This document shows, piece after piece, positions 1-8,710 of a stretch of 32,000 nucleotides of DNA. Location: contig CP060262.1 of NCBI GenBank assembly GCA_022646745.1, forward strand, positions 1,980,001-2,012,000. Direction: 5' to 3'. A program made the position numbers and the translations under genes. The notes under the pieces are model-generated. The model was not told where the DNA came from and did not search any database. It saw only the letters and a list, made by a program, of their open reading frames with translations. Numbering within the stretch: position 1 is the first letter of the stretch; every line of letters starts with the position of its first letter. The stretch is from Planctomycetales bacterium (GTDB lineage Bacteria; 4484-113; JAFGCY01).

Positions 1-348
1 GTGATCAGCCTCGTGGACCTTGCGGCCCGCTTCGCCAAGGCCAAGGGCATGGACAACCTTGATTACCAGTGGCTCCGGACCGCGCCGGGCCGTGGCTCCA
101 GCAAGCGTGAAAAGGTCGGCAACAGCCTCGCCGTGCTGAAGGCGATTCGCGCATTCAATGACAGCAACAGCAAGGCCATCCAGGTCTACAATGCCAAGGG
201 ATATGACGGAACCCCGAAGAAGGTAATGGTCATTGAAAAGGCCGAGATCATCCGCCTGAAGGGATTCCTGCTGCGTGGTGGAAGCCAGAAGCGCGGCCGG
301 ACCAAGGAGACCACCGAGTTCAAGATCATCGGCAAGGCGGAAGTCTGA
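1..348 (+). CDS. hypothetical protein, C-terminal fragment (5' end outside window)
   Basis: Open frame from the window edge to the stop at 346-348. Codon usage matches neighbours, the tail is basic, and a strong hairpin terminator follows. No family motif recognised. Confidence 0.5.
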   Translation: MISLVDLAARFAKAKGMDNLDYQWLRTAPGRGSSKREKVGNSLAVLKAIRAFNDSNSKAIQVYNAKGYDGTPKKVMVIEKAEIIRLKGFLLRGGSQKRGRTKETTEFKIIGKAEV

Positions 349-378
349 GCCGGGGCTTAAATCAGCAATTGAATGACG

Positions 379-406
379 AAAAGGCCGCTCAATCGGGCGG
401 CCTTTT
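379..406. terminator. bidirectional intrinsic terminator between convergent genes
   Basis: aaaaggccgc / gcggcctttt stem has an A-run on one side and a T-run on the other. It lies between the stop of the 1-348 ORF and the stop of the NUDIX gene (409). Confidence 0.65.
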
Positions 407-408
407 GC

Positions 409-927
409 TTATCCAGCGTCGCGGGAAACGTCGGAATTGCGGGCCAGCAGCTGCTCGAGGATTATCTCGGCGCGCTCAATCACCTCGCGGTTGCCGTCAT
501 AGCGCACCACTTCCTTGGCTGCATCAAAGCTGAACCAGTAGGCGCTGGCAATTCCCTCTTCGCGTGTGAAGCGGGTGACGGTGAATTCCCGCGTATGTGC
601 ATGCATCAGGAAGAAGTGCACGGTCTTTCGGTGCAGTTCATGGCGGGGCATCGGCGGGAAGGAATATTCGATCTTGCCGAGGTAGGCCAGCACGTCCAGT
701 TCGCTGACCGGGATGCCGGTTTCCTCGCTCACTTCACGGCGCGCGGCATCCTCGAAACTCTCGCCGGGATTCACGTGCCCCTTGGGCAGCAGCCACTGCG
801 GATGGCGGCCCTTGTCAACCTCGATCAGCACGAGGCGGGCCTGGCCGGAAACCTCGTCCAGCACCACCCCACCGCAGCATGTGTGATCCACGAATGACAG
901 TCCTGGATTGCTGCGGTTATTGCTCAT
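409..927 (-). CDS. NUDIX hydrolase
   Basis: Complete Nudix box GX5EX7REUXEEXGU is present as GHVNPGESFEDAARREVSEETGI. Confidence 0.88.
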   Translation of the reverse strand: MSNNRSNPGLSFVDHTCCGGVVLDEVSGQARLVLIEVDKGRHPQWLLPKGHVNPGESFEDAARREVSEETGIPVSELDVLAYLGKIEYSFPPMPRHELHRKTVHFFLMHAHTREFTVTRFTREEGIASAYWFSFDAAKEVVRYDGNREVIERAEIILEQLLARNSDVSRDAG

Positions 928-935
928 GGCCAGCC

Positions 936-967
936 ATTATAACATTGCAAGATTAATTGTCTGGTGC
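936..967 (-). promoter_or_regulatory. candidate extended -10 promoter for the NUDIX gene (near-leaderless)
   Basis: Minus strand reads cagaca-N16-TGtTATAAT, with the ATG 8 nt after the -10 and no SD. Sequence pattern only. Confidence 0.3.
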
Positions 968-1138
968 TGGAGGTATTGCTGGTTGAGGCGGCCGAAAATA
1001 TCAGACAAACTTGAGTAATTCGAGCCGCACACAAAGGCAGGCTGACACGCCATGATTTATAATTTCGGCGATTGACCAAAGAGATTAAACAGGGGCGGCA
1101 CCAAACCCCTCGCGCACATACCTTGAGGAGGAGCGTGC

Positions 1139-2428
1139 ATGTCGATCATTAAGGAAAAACTGTCTTCACAGATCCCCGCGATCCGTGAGGAGATCAAGGG
1201 CCTGCTCTCTGAGCATGGCGAGATGAAGATCTCCGACGTCACCGTTGCGCAGGCCTATGGCGGCATGCGCGGCATCAAGGGCATGATCTGTGACACCTCG
1301 GTTGTCGAGCCCGATTCGGGCGTGATCTTCCGGGGACACCCGCTGCTGGAGGTCACCCACCTGCTGCCGGAGGAGATCTTCTGGCTGCTTTTGACCGGTG
1401 AGATCCCCAGTGAGGCGGAACGCAAGAGCCTGCGGGCCGAGTTCGCCTCCCACAACAAGGTGCCGCAGTACGTCTGGGATGTGCTGGACAGCATGCCCGC
1501 TGACAGCCACCCGATGACCATGCTCAATACCGCGATCCTCGTGATGCAGCATGAGTCACGCTTCGCCAGCCGCTACCACCAGATGAACAAGCTGGAGTAC
1601 TGGGAGGCCGCGCTCGAGGACTCGATGTCGATCCTCGGCAAGCTGCCCAACATCGCGGCCGCGATCTACCGCAAGCGCTTCAACAAGGGCGAGCGCATCC
1701 AGCCCAATCCTGAGCTGGACTGGGCCGCCAACTACGCCTACATGCTCGGCCTGCCGCAGACCGAGGACGCATACAAGATGATGCGCCTCTACCTGATGTC
1801 GCACAGCGACCACGAGGGCGGCAACGCCAGCGCCTTCACCTGCCACACGGTGGGCAGCGCGCTGTCCGACCCGTTCTACTCCGTCAGCGCCGGCCTCAAC
1901 GCGCTGGCCGGGCCTCTGCATGGCCTTGCCAACCAGGAGTGCCTGGGCTTCGTGCTCGACCTGAAGGAGAAGCTGGGCGGCGGCGTGCCGACCAAGGAAG
2001 AACTGACCAAGGCCTGCTGGGACCGCCTCAACAGCGGCCAGGTGATCCCGGGCTACGGCCACGCCGTGCTGCGCGTGCCTGACCCGCGTTTCGTGGCCTT
2101 CATCAATTTCGGCCGTGAGCACTTCCCGGATGACGAGGTGTTCCAGCTCGTGAACATGCTGTTTGAGGTGGTGCCTGAAGTGCTCACCGAGCAGGGCAAG
2201 GCCAAGAGCCCGTGGCCGAACGTGGATGCATCCAGCGGCACGCTGCTGTACCACTACGGCCTGAAGGAGTTTGAGTACTACACCGTGGTCTTCAGTGTCA
2301 GCCGTGCAATGGGCATGCTGGCGCAGTACGTGCTCAACCGTGCAATCGGTTCGCCGATCACTCGTCCGAAGTCAGTCAGCACTGAATGGATCAAGAAGCA
2401 GGTGGCTGCGGCCTCCGCATCGAGCTAG
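1139..2428 (+). CDS. gltA: citrate synthase
   Basis: Citrate synthase signature GYGHAVLRVPDPRF and the SDHEGGNASA motif. SD GAGGAGGAG lies 6 nt upstream of the ATG; 429 aa. Confidence 0.93.
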   Translation: MSIIKEKLSSQIPAIREEIKGLLSEHGEMKISDVTVAQAYGGMRGIKGMICDTSVVEPDSGVIFRGHPLLEVTHLLPEEIFWLLLTGEIPSEAERKSLRAEFASHNKVPQYVWDVLDSMPADSHPMTMLNTAILVMQHESRFASRYHQMNKLEYWEAALEDSMSILGKLPNIAAAIYRKRFNKGERIQPNPELDWAANYAYMLGLPQTEDAYKMMRLYLMSHSDHEGGNASAFTCHTVGSALSDPFYSVSAGLNALAGPLHGLANQECLGFVLDLKEKLGGGVPTKEELTKACWDRLNSGQVIPGYGHAVLRVPDPRFVAFINFGREHFPDDEVFQLVNMLFEVVPEVLTEQGKAKSPWPNVDASSGTLLYHYGLKEFEYYTVVFSVSRAMGMLAQYVLNRAIGSPITRPKSVSTEWIKKQVAAASASS

Positions 2429-2456
2429 GCGGGAAGGGAAAATATCGGACACCACG

Positions 2457-2483
2457 AAGGCGGCCTCCGGGCCGCCTTTTTTT
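2457..2483 (+). terminator. rho-independent terminator of gltA
   Basis: ggcggcc-tccg-ggccgcc stem-loop followed by T7. Confidence 0.8.
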
Positions 2484-2560
2484 GTTGCCGCCTCGCCCAA
2501 GGGCTCGTCGGTCTGGCGCTGCGGCTGCGCATCCGCGCATCCGTGTCGCGCTGATGGTGA

Positions 2561-2661
2561 GGGAGGCCAGACCCATGGTCTGGCAGGATTGCAGGCCCAT
2601 GGCCTGCGGGATTGCCGGTGCATGGCACTGGCCTCCTGTCATTCCATGGGAATGACCTCCC
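2561..2661. repeat. tandem array of four 17-19 nt hairpins centred on CCATGG/CATG (family 2 palindromic element)
   Basis: ccagacc-cat-ggtctgg (2567-2583), gcaggcc-cat-ggcctgc (2591-2607), ccggtgc-atg-gcactgg (2615-2631, one G-T pair), gtcattcc-atg-ggaatgac (2638-2656). GGGAGG (2561-2566) is complementary to CCTCCT (2632-2637) and CCTCCC (2656-2661). Confidence 0.7.
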
Positions 2662-2687
2662 TTCTTCCCCTCGTTTATGCTTAATCC

Positions 2688-5600
2688 ATGGGAATGACCA
2701 AACGGATTCTCAGCATCGCAGCCCTTGCTTCAGCCACTATCATCGGCCTGATGGCAGCGGCGCAGGCCTCGATGTTCGACCTCGTCTCCGATGCGGACTA
2801 TTCGCAGTGGGGCATGCGCAACCGTCCATTTCCATTCCTGCCGGGGGAGGGCAAGTTTGCCGACTACGGTTGCTTCCCGCTTGGCAACGGCTACATCTTC
2901 GGTCACCTCGGAGTGGACGGTGACTTCTCGCTTATGCGCGGGCTGACCGGCCCCGGCTACCAGACCCGTGGTGACAACGGCGACTGGCAGGTCTGGCAGG
3001 AAGGCAACTGGCCGGACATCGCGCTGTCATTCAAGGCCACGGCCCCGAAGGGCAGCTTCAACCCGGTATTCCATCTCGGAGAGCAGTGGGGCGCGCAGTC
3101 CATCCAGCAGGTGCTGGGGGCGGCGATTGTCAGGGTCAGGCAGAGCGCTGATTTCGGCGAGCTGGACTGCATCCAGTACGCCGTATCCGGCATGCCGGTG
3201 CTGGTACGGGAGTACCGCTTCAGGCCGGTGGAGGGCCGGGCCGACCCGGACTGGCAGTACTGCCTGCAGGTCGGCACGGAGGCGAACGAAACGGAATACG
3301 ACGGCCTGGTCTTTCACCAGGGAGAGAACCGCCTGACGATCCAGTGCAGTGGATTCCTTGAAGTGGACGGCCTGCAGCAGTGCATCGCCGGTGAGATGCA
3401 GGAGGACGGCAGCTGGAGATGCACTGTGGCCTACATTGCCAGCAAGGCCGGTGAACCACGCACTGCGGTGGAGCTTGACAGTGCTGGGCTGGCCGACCTG
3501 GCAACGCGTACCCGTGAATGGTGGCGCGAGTTCAGTGCTGCCAACTACGGATACGAGGATGCGCTGGCGTGGCCCTGGAGCGACATGCCGCATTTCGGCA
3601 GTGAATGGATGCAGCCGCGCCTGTCACACATGATGCTGCAGCTCCCCGTGATCATCGAGACCCAGCGTGACCACTACAGCGGCTCTTCCTCTCCGATGGT
3701 CAGCTACCACGGTTGCTGGGTGCGCGACAACAACGGCATCATCCTGACGGACATCGTCAACAAGCGCTACGACAACGTGATGCGCCTGCTGCGCTACCAC
3801 CGCGCGGCCTGCGTGTCCTACGGCTCCTGCCCGATGCTGGTGCCGCTGGACCTCGACCTCTCCGGCCTCGATGGCTGGCAGCCCGGTGAGCCGGGCACGG
3901 CTGGCGACCTGTCGGGCATTGGCGCAACCGGCTTCGACTGGAGCGCTTTCGGCGTGGAGCATGCCGAGGTGCCGAGCCTGATCGTGCTGCAGCATTACCT
4001 GCTGTGGCGCGCGATGATGCAGGATGGCATGGTGGAGGAAGCGACGGAGTTCATGCAGGAAAGCTGGGGTTTTGTCACGCACAACCTAATGGCGATGGAC
4101 TACTCCACCGAGTACGGCGTGCGCTTCCACGGTGACGAGACCTACACCCAGGGTGCGCTGTACTCCACCTACGACCGCGTGGAAAGCGGGCAGATCGGCT
4201 GGCCCAACGGCTACATCCCGACCAACTTCTACAGCTTTGACAACACCATCCTGCATCGCGCGGCTGCTGCGGCAATCATCGAGATGTCCGGTTCCATAGG
4301 GCTGGACAGTGGTTTTGATGTGGCCCTGCGGATCCGTGATGAGCTGGATGATGTGGTAAATGACAACTACATCCTGGATGGGCGGATCGTGGCTGCCATC
4401 TCACCGAGCACCGGCCAGCCCTGGCTGCCGCCATTTTCCAACATCAACCTGCGGCCCTACTGGCTGGGGCTGGACTACGGCCTCGATGAAGAACTGCTGC
4501 GTGACAACTTCATCCGGGTCAGGAGGTACCTCAACTACATCAGGCCGGTTGACCGGGCGGATGGCAAGCACCTGCCTGACAGCACTCCCTGGAGTGGCTA
4601 CATGACGGGGCACAACATTGCCTATTTCATTTCAGGGAACTGCAGCGTCGCTGAAAATGTGTTCCTCGGGACTGAGAACCTCGGTTATGAGGTCGTGATC
4701 GGCACGGCCAGCCCGGAAGGTGCCTGGTGCGAAGTGCTCGGCCCGGACGGTGCGCCGGTTGACATCTACGGCCGCACCAACCGCATCCGGCCCTGGGAAA
4801 GTGGAGTCAACTACCAGGCAATTGTCCGCATGATGGAAGATGGGATTGACTATATTGCCGAGGAAAAGGTAAGGGAATGGGACAGATCCACAGAACCTCC
4901 CGTTGCCACTGCATCACACGACACGCAGATCCTCGCCCTGACGCGCGACAACCACTTCCGCGAACTCTACCCACTGGACAGCCGCATGGCCTGGGTGGAG
5001 CAGCAGCACATCACCGCCTGGGACATCGCCTTGCCGTTCTCTCCGGATGAGCTGGCGCGCGCGCTGATGTTCGAGGAAGGCGACATTGACTACAACATCC
5101 CCTTCCTGTTCATTGACCGCGACGTGAGAACTGGCCTCGACCGGCGCACCATGAAGGATGAGCACTTCTGGGCGGAGATGGACAAGGTGATCGCTGAATA
5201 CGAGGCTGCCGGTGGGATCGTCGTCACCGAGGATACGCTGCAGCTTTCGCTGGCAGACGATGAGGCGGTCGGCCTGAAGGTGCTGGTCGCGCTCTACCCG
5301 AATACATTTGCGCACCGCATGACGGATGGCGAGATCGCCAACTTCCGTGATGAAGTCGGCAGCTGGATGGACTGGTACCGCGAGATGGCCGGCGACCGGC
5401 TGCAGTTCGAGCTGGACTACCTCGTGATGCCGCATACGCTGTCGCCGGAGCAGTGCGGCCGCGAGAATGGCAACGTGTTCTGGCTCGGCAGCACGGATGT
5501 GGAGGCTGACCTCAGGGCCTACGGCGTGCCTGACAACCACTACGACCTCGTGGCTTGCTTCTGGGGCTGGGACCGTGATCGCCAGCAGATTGAGCTGGAT

Positions 5601-7526
5601 GGTGAACAGGCCCTGCAGGCCTACGGCGGGGCGGCCCAGGGCCCAGCGCCGGACATGGCCTTCATGGGCCAGGCCGGACGCACAGGCTATTACGGCAGCG
5701 CGATCCTGAACAGCCATCCTGACAACATCCACAAGGTGGCGATCCACGAACTGCTGCACAACATCGACGGCCTGTTCCGCACGGCCGGGATGCCGGGGGA
5801 TTTCCTCAATGCTGACGACATGGCGGCCAATATCGAACTGCTGCTCAGGGAACAGCCGGGCTGCTTCGAGGCCGTCGGCTTCACTGACGAGGCGATCCGT
5901 GGGCTTGCCGACAGGGAGATGCGCAAGGAGGCCGGCTTCCCATGGGAGGCGCAGCTCGTCTACTACGAATGGATGCTGAGGCGCACGCCGCGCGACAGTT
6001 ATGCGCGCCTGCTGCTGAACTACGGCGAGCGGGTGAAGCAGTCCGCGGAACCGGTGGATCTGAAGGCGCTGGGTGAGGACTTTGGCAACCGCTATGTGGC
6101 GGCTGTACTCGCTGACGACGACATCGACTGCCTGATCGGGCAGGACTTTGAAATCTACCTAGACATGGAACAGTCAGGTGTGCTGCCGCCGGGAGTGGGC
6201 ATTGAGCTTGTTGCCGAGTTTGCCGGCGAGCGGATGGCGACCCTGCCGGAGGGTGAGGGCTGGATGCTGCGCATCCCGCAGGACAGCATCGGCAATGGAG
6301 CGCTGGCGCTGCATTTCGATGTGCTGGACTACACCCTGCCACGAAACCGGTTGGACACCCAGCTTTGCTTCCCGGTGCGCACTGTGCAGTTGCACCTGCG
6401 ACCGATCTGGCATGCGGAACTGGACTGGGACGACGCGGAGAACAAGATGACAGTGGCCATCAGCGGGCCGGAAGGGACATACGACTGGAAGCTCAGCACG
6501 GCGCACCATCCCAGCCTGATCGAGGAGCGCCTGCATGAGGACGGCCTGCTCGCGGATTTTCAGTACGAAGCCGAGGGCAGCATTGCCAACGGGGGTGAGG
6601 CAGTGCTTGGTATGCATGCGGAGCAGTATGCCCGCCTGCGCAATGAGAGCTTCTCTCTCGATGTGACATTCACGGACGAATCCGGCAACAGCGGCAGCTT
6701 CAGCCACAGCTTCCCCGGCACACAGCGCCTGCGCGACAGGCTGAAGGGGATTGACCCGAAGGCCCTGCCGGACTATGTGATCAGGGCGACTTACTATGAT
6801 GAATCACTGGATGAAGAATACGCAACCGGGAAAATGCCTTTCAATCCGCAGGAGAACTCGATAAGCCCTAAAAATGGCAACGTATTCTCGGGTCAGGTAG
6901 AATCAGAAGTTGATGCAAAGCTGGATTTCACAGTTTACTATGATGAAGATACAGTTCACCTGTTTGTCATCCTTACCGACGATATGGCACCTGGCAACGG
7001 AATCTGGGATTCAGACAGGATAAACCTGTGCTTTGATACACTCGTTGACAGCGATGAAATGGACTATCCAAATGGTCCGGTAGGTCATACGGCTTGGCAG
7101 GCCGACGATTACTGGGTGTTCTTCTGCCCATTTGTTACGGATGGCCCAAGGGTAATGCGACTTGGTGGACTGAACCCCAGCGGCGTTGGAAATGGTTACT
7201 ACGGTCCAGTTGCAGATTGTGACTACTACGTAGGGATAATCAATGACTTGCGCAGCTCCGAAGCTGGAAGAGCAAACTCAGCTGATTCGAGGACTCAATT
7301 TGTCCATGAGTATGGTGTCACCTGGACCATCCCGCTTTCCGAGTTGCCATATCTCGATGCCACGCCCGGCAGCTTCTGCGGTTTCACGATCTTCTACTCC
7401 GACTATGACGAAGGCCTGTCCGAGATGATGTACTTCAACGACTGGGGTGGTGACAACGGCATTGACTGGCGCTTCTGGGATACCGGACTGCTGTACTTCG
7501 AACCTCCCGGGGAGCCGCAGGACTGA
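2688..7526 (+). CDS. secreted 1612-aa multidomain protein: signal peptide, six-hairpin (GH15-like) glycosidase-like region, HEXXH zincin-like region, C-terminal CBM9-like module
   Basis: N-terminal signal MGMTKRILSIAALASATIIGLMAAAQA. YHGCWVRDNNGII and PWESGVNY resemble (alpha/alpha)6 GH15-type barrels. HELLH sits at nt 5745-5759 with a Glu 26 residues after the second His. The C-terminal pattern (VHLFVILTDD ... CGFTIFYSDYDEG) resembles CBM9/DOMON-like modules. Domain calls are by eye only. Confidence 0.8.
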   Translation: MGMTKRILSIAALASATIIGLMAAAQASMFDLVSDADYSQWGMRNRPFPFLPGEGKFADYGCFPLGNGYIFGHLGVDGDFSLMRGLTGPGYQTRGDNGDWQVWQEGNWPDIALSFKATAPKGSFNPVFHLGEQWGAQSIQQVLGAAIVRVRQSADFGELDCIQYAVSGMPVLVREYRFRPVEGRADPDWQYCLQVGTEANETEYDGLVFHQGENRLTIQCSGFLEVDGLQQCIAGEMQEDGSWRCTVAYIASKAGEPRTAVELDSAGLADLATRTREWWREFSAANYGYEDALAWPWSDMPHFGSEWMQPRLSHMMLQLPVIIETQRDHYSGSSSPMVSYHGCWVRDNNGIILTDIVNKRYDNVMRLLRYHRAACVSYGSCPMLVPLDLDLSGLDGWQPGEPGTAGDLSGIGATGFDWSAFGVEHAEVPSLIVLQHYLLWRAMMQDGMVEEATEFMQESWGFVTHNLMAMDYSTEYGVRFHGDETYTQGALYSTYDRVESGQIGWPNGYIPTNFYSFDNTILHRAAAAAIIEMSGSIGLDSGFDVALRIRDELDDVVNDNYILDGRIVAAISPSTGQPWLPPFSNINLRPYWLGLDYGLDEELLRDNFIRVRRYLNYIRPVDRADGKHLPDSTPWSGYMTGHNIAYFISGNCSVAENVFLGTENLGYEVVIGTASPEGAWCEVLGPDGAPVDIYGRTNRIRPWESGVNYQAIVRMMEDGIDYIAEEKVREWDRSTEPPVATASHDTQILALTRDNHFRELYPLDSRMAWVEQQHITAWDIALPFSPDELARALMFEEGDIDYNIPFLFIDRDVRTGLDRRTMKDEHFWAEMDKVIAEYEAAGGIVVTEDTLQLSLADDEAVGLKVLVALYPNTFAHRMTDGEIANFRDEVGSWMDWYREMAGDRLQFELDYLVMPHTLSPEQCGRENGNVFWLGSTDVEADLRAYGVPDNHYDLVACFWGWDRDRQQIELDGEQALQAYGGAAQGPAPDMAFMGQAGRTGYYGSAILNSHPDNIHKVAIHELLHNIDGLFRTAGMPGDFLNADDMAANIELLLREQPGCFEAVGFTDEAIRGLADREMRKEAGFPWEAQLVYYEWMLRRTPRDSYARLLLNYGERVKQSAEPVDLKALGEDFGNRYVAAVLADDDIDCLIGQDFEIYLDMEQSGVLPPGVGIELVAEFAGERMATLPEGEGWMLRIPQDSIGNGALALHFDVLDYTLPRNRLDTQLCFPVRTVQLHLRPIWHAELDWDDAENKMTVAISGPEGTYDWKLSTAHHPSLIEERLHEDGLLADFQYEAEGSIANGGEAVLGMHAEQYARLRNESFSLDVTFTDESGNSGSFSHSFPGTQRLRDRLKGIDPKALPDYVIRATYYDESLDEEYATGKMPFNPQENSISPKNGNVFSGQVESEVDAKLDFTVYYDEDTVHLFVILTDDMAPGNGIWDSDRINLCFDTLVDSDEMDYPNGPVGHTAWQADDYWVFFCPFVTDGPRVMRLGGLNPSGVGNGYYGPVADCDYYVGIINDLRSSEAGRANSADSRTQFVHEYGVTWTIPLSELPYLDATPGSFCGFTIFYSDYDEGLSEMMYFNDWGGDNGIDWRFWDTGLLYFEPPGEPQD

Positions 7527-8710
7527 TGATCGGCTGGCAGCGCATGAGCGATTTCTTCGTGAAGCACTTCGGTGATGAACCGGAGATCGCCTGCTGTGCG
7601 CCGGGCCGCATCAACCTGATCGGTGAACACATTGACTACGCCGGCGGGCAGGTGCTGCCGCTGTCCATCTCGCTCGGTGTCAGCGTGGCCGTGCGTGCCA
7701 CCCGCCAGGGCCTGCTGCGCGTGGTGTCCGACGAGTACCCTGGACAGGGGATCGTCACCCTTGATGGCAGCACTGCGCAGGACGGGCCGGCCGGCTACGT
7801 GCTGGAGCTGGCGCGCATGACGGAAACCACATCCGCCCAGATTGCCATTCTTTCAGACCTGCCGGTCGGGCAGGGCCTGTCCAGTTCGGCGGCGATTGGC
7901 ATCGCCGTGCAATGTGCGCTGCTGGCGCTCAAGCCTGACGCGGTGATGCCCAGTGCACGGGCCGTCTGCCGTGCGGCCCAGCGGGCGGAGCACCTGGCGC
8001 TCGGCACAAGCTGCGGCATCATGGACCAGTACGCTTCGATGTTCGGCAGCCCCGGCAATGCGATCCTGATCGATACCTGGCAGGAGACGCATCAGGCCGT
8101 GCCGCTGGACAGCCTGGCCGGCTGCAGCATCATCCTCGTTGACAGCGGACAGCCGCGGGAGCTCAGCGCTTCGCAGTACAACCAGCGCCATGCGGAGATG
8201 ACCGGTGCGCTGAATGAGGCAAAACGCTTATGTGGCGGCTTCAACTGCTTCAGGGAGAAGGCACATGACGAGCTGTTGACAATCGCTGAAGCGATGCCAG
8301 AGCCGGCAAACCGGCGGATGCGGCACCTGCTGATGGAGCAGCGCCGCGTCGGACGCTTCCAGGATGGCCTGCGCGAACGTGACCTGAAGATGCTTGGCAG
8401 GATCCTGTATGCAGGACATTGCAGCCTGCGCGATGACGCAGAGGTCAGCACACCGCAAATTGACACATTGGTGGAGATGCTCTGCTCGACCCCTGACTGC
8501 CTCGGCGCCCGCCTGATGGGCGGCGGCTTCGGTGGCAGCGTGCTGGCGCTGTTTGAAAGCCCGCCGGACGAGTTCCTCATGGCCGGCCTGCTGCGCGACT
8601 ATGCCGGCGAGACGACGCTTGGCGGACGCTGGCTGCAGGTCGAGCCGGGACCGGGTGCCTGGCTGCAGAGCGGACGGGGCAGCTGGCGCAGCGTGGCGGA
8701 GTGGCTGTGA
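7526..8710 (+). CDS. galK: galactokinase-family GHMP sugar-1-kinase
   Basis: Galactokinase signature GRINLIGEHIDY and GHMP motif PVGQGLSSSAA. The ATG shares one base with the upstream TGA (TGATG at 7524-7528); ATG 7544 is an alternative start. Confidence 0.85.
   Translation: MIGWQRMSDFFVKHFGDEPEIACCAPGRINLIGEHIDYAGGQVLPLSISLGVSVAVRATRQGLLRVVSDEYPGQGIVTLDGSTAQDGPAGYVLELARMTETTSAQIAILSDLPVGQGLSSSAAIGIAVQCALLALKPDAVMPSARAVCRAAQRAEHLALGTSCGIMDQYASMFGSPGNAILIDTWQETHQAVPLDSLAGCSIILVDSGQPRELSASQYNQRHAEMTGALNEAKRLCGGFNCFREKAHDELLTIAEAMPEPANRRMRHLLMEQRRVGRFQDGLRERDLKMLGRILYAGHCSLRDDAEVSTPQIDTLVEMLCSTPDCLGARLMGGGFGGSVLALFESPPDEFLMAGLLRDYAGETTLGGRWLQVEPGPGAWLQSGRGSWRSVAEWL

Noticed and set aside
373-897. 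174-aa plus-strand ORF
   Set aside because: It is antisense to the NUDIX gene, and its start lies inside the terminator hairpin.
1058-1063. Perfect TATAAT upstream of gltA as its promoter -10
   Set aside because: No acceptable -35 sits at 16-18 nt spacing (ctgaca is only 10 nt away). It could still function, but I cannot support it.
1556-2254. 232-aa minus-strand ORF
   Set aside because: It is antisense to citrate synthase.
2567-2656. Possible CRISPR-like array, since the hairpins are regularly spaced
   Set aside because: Units are only about 24 nt in total, the 6-7 nt spacers are far too short, the repeats are not identical, and no cas genes are present.
4914-5759. 281-aa minus-strand ORF (plus other minus or alternate-frame ORFs within 2688-7526)
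   Set aside because: All lie inside the 1612-aa gene and none has motifs or an SD site.
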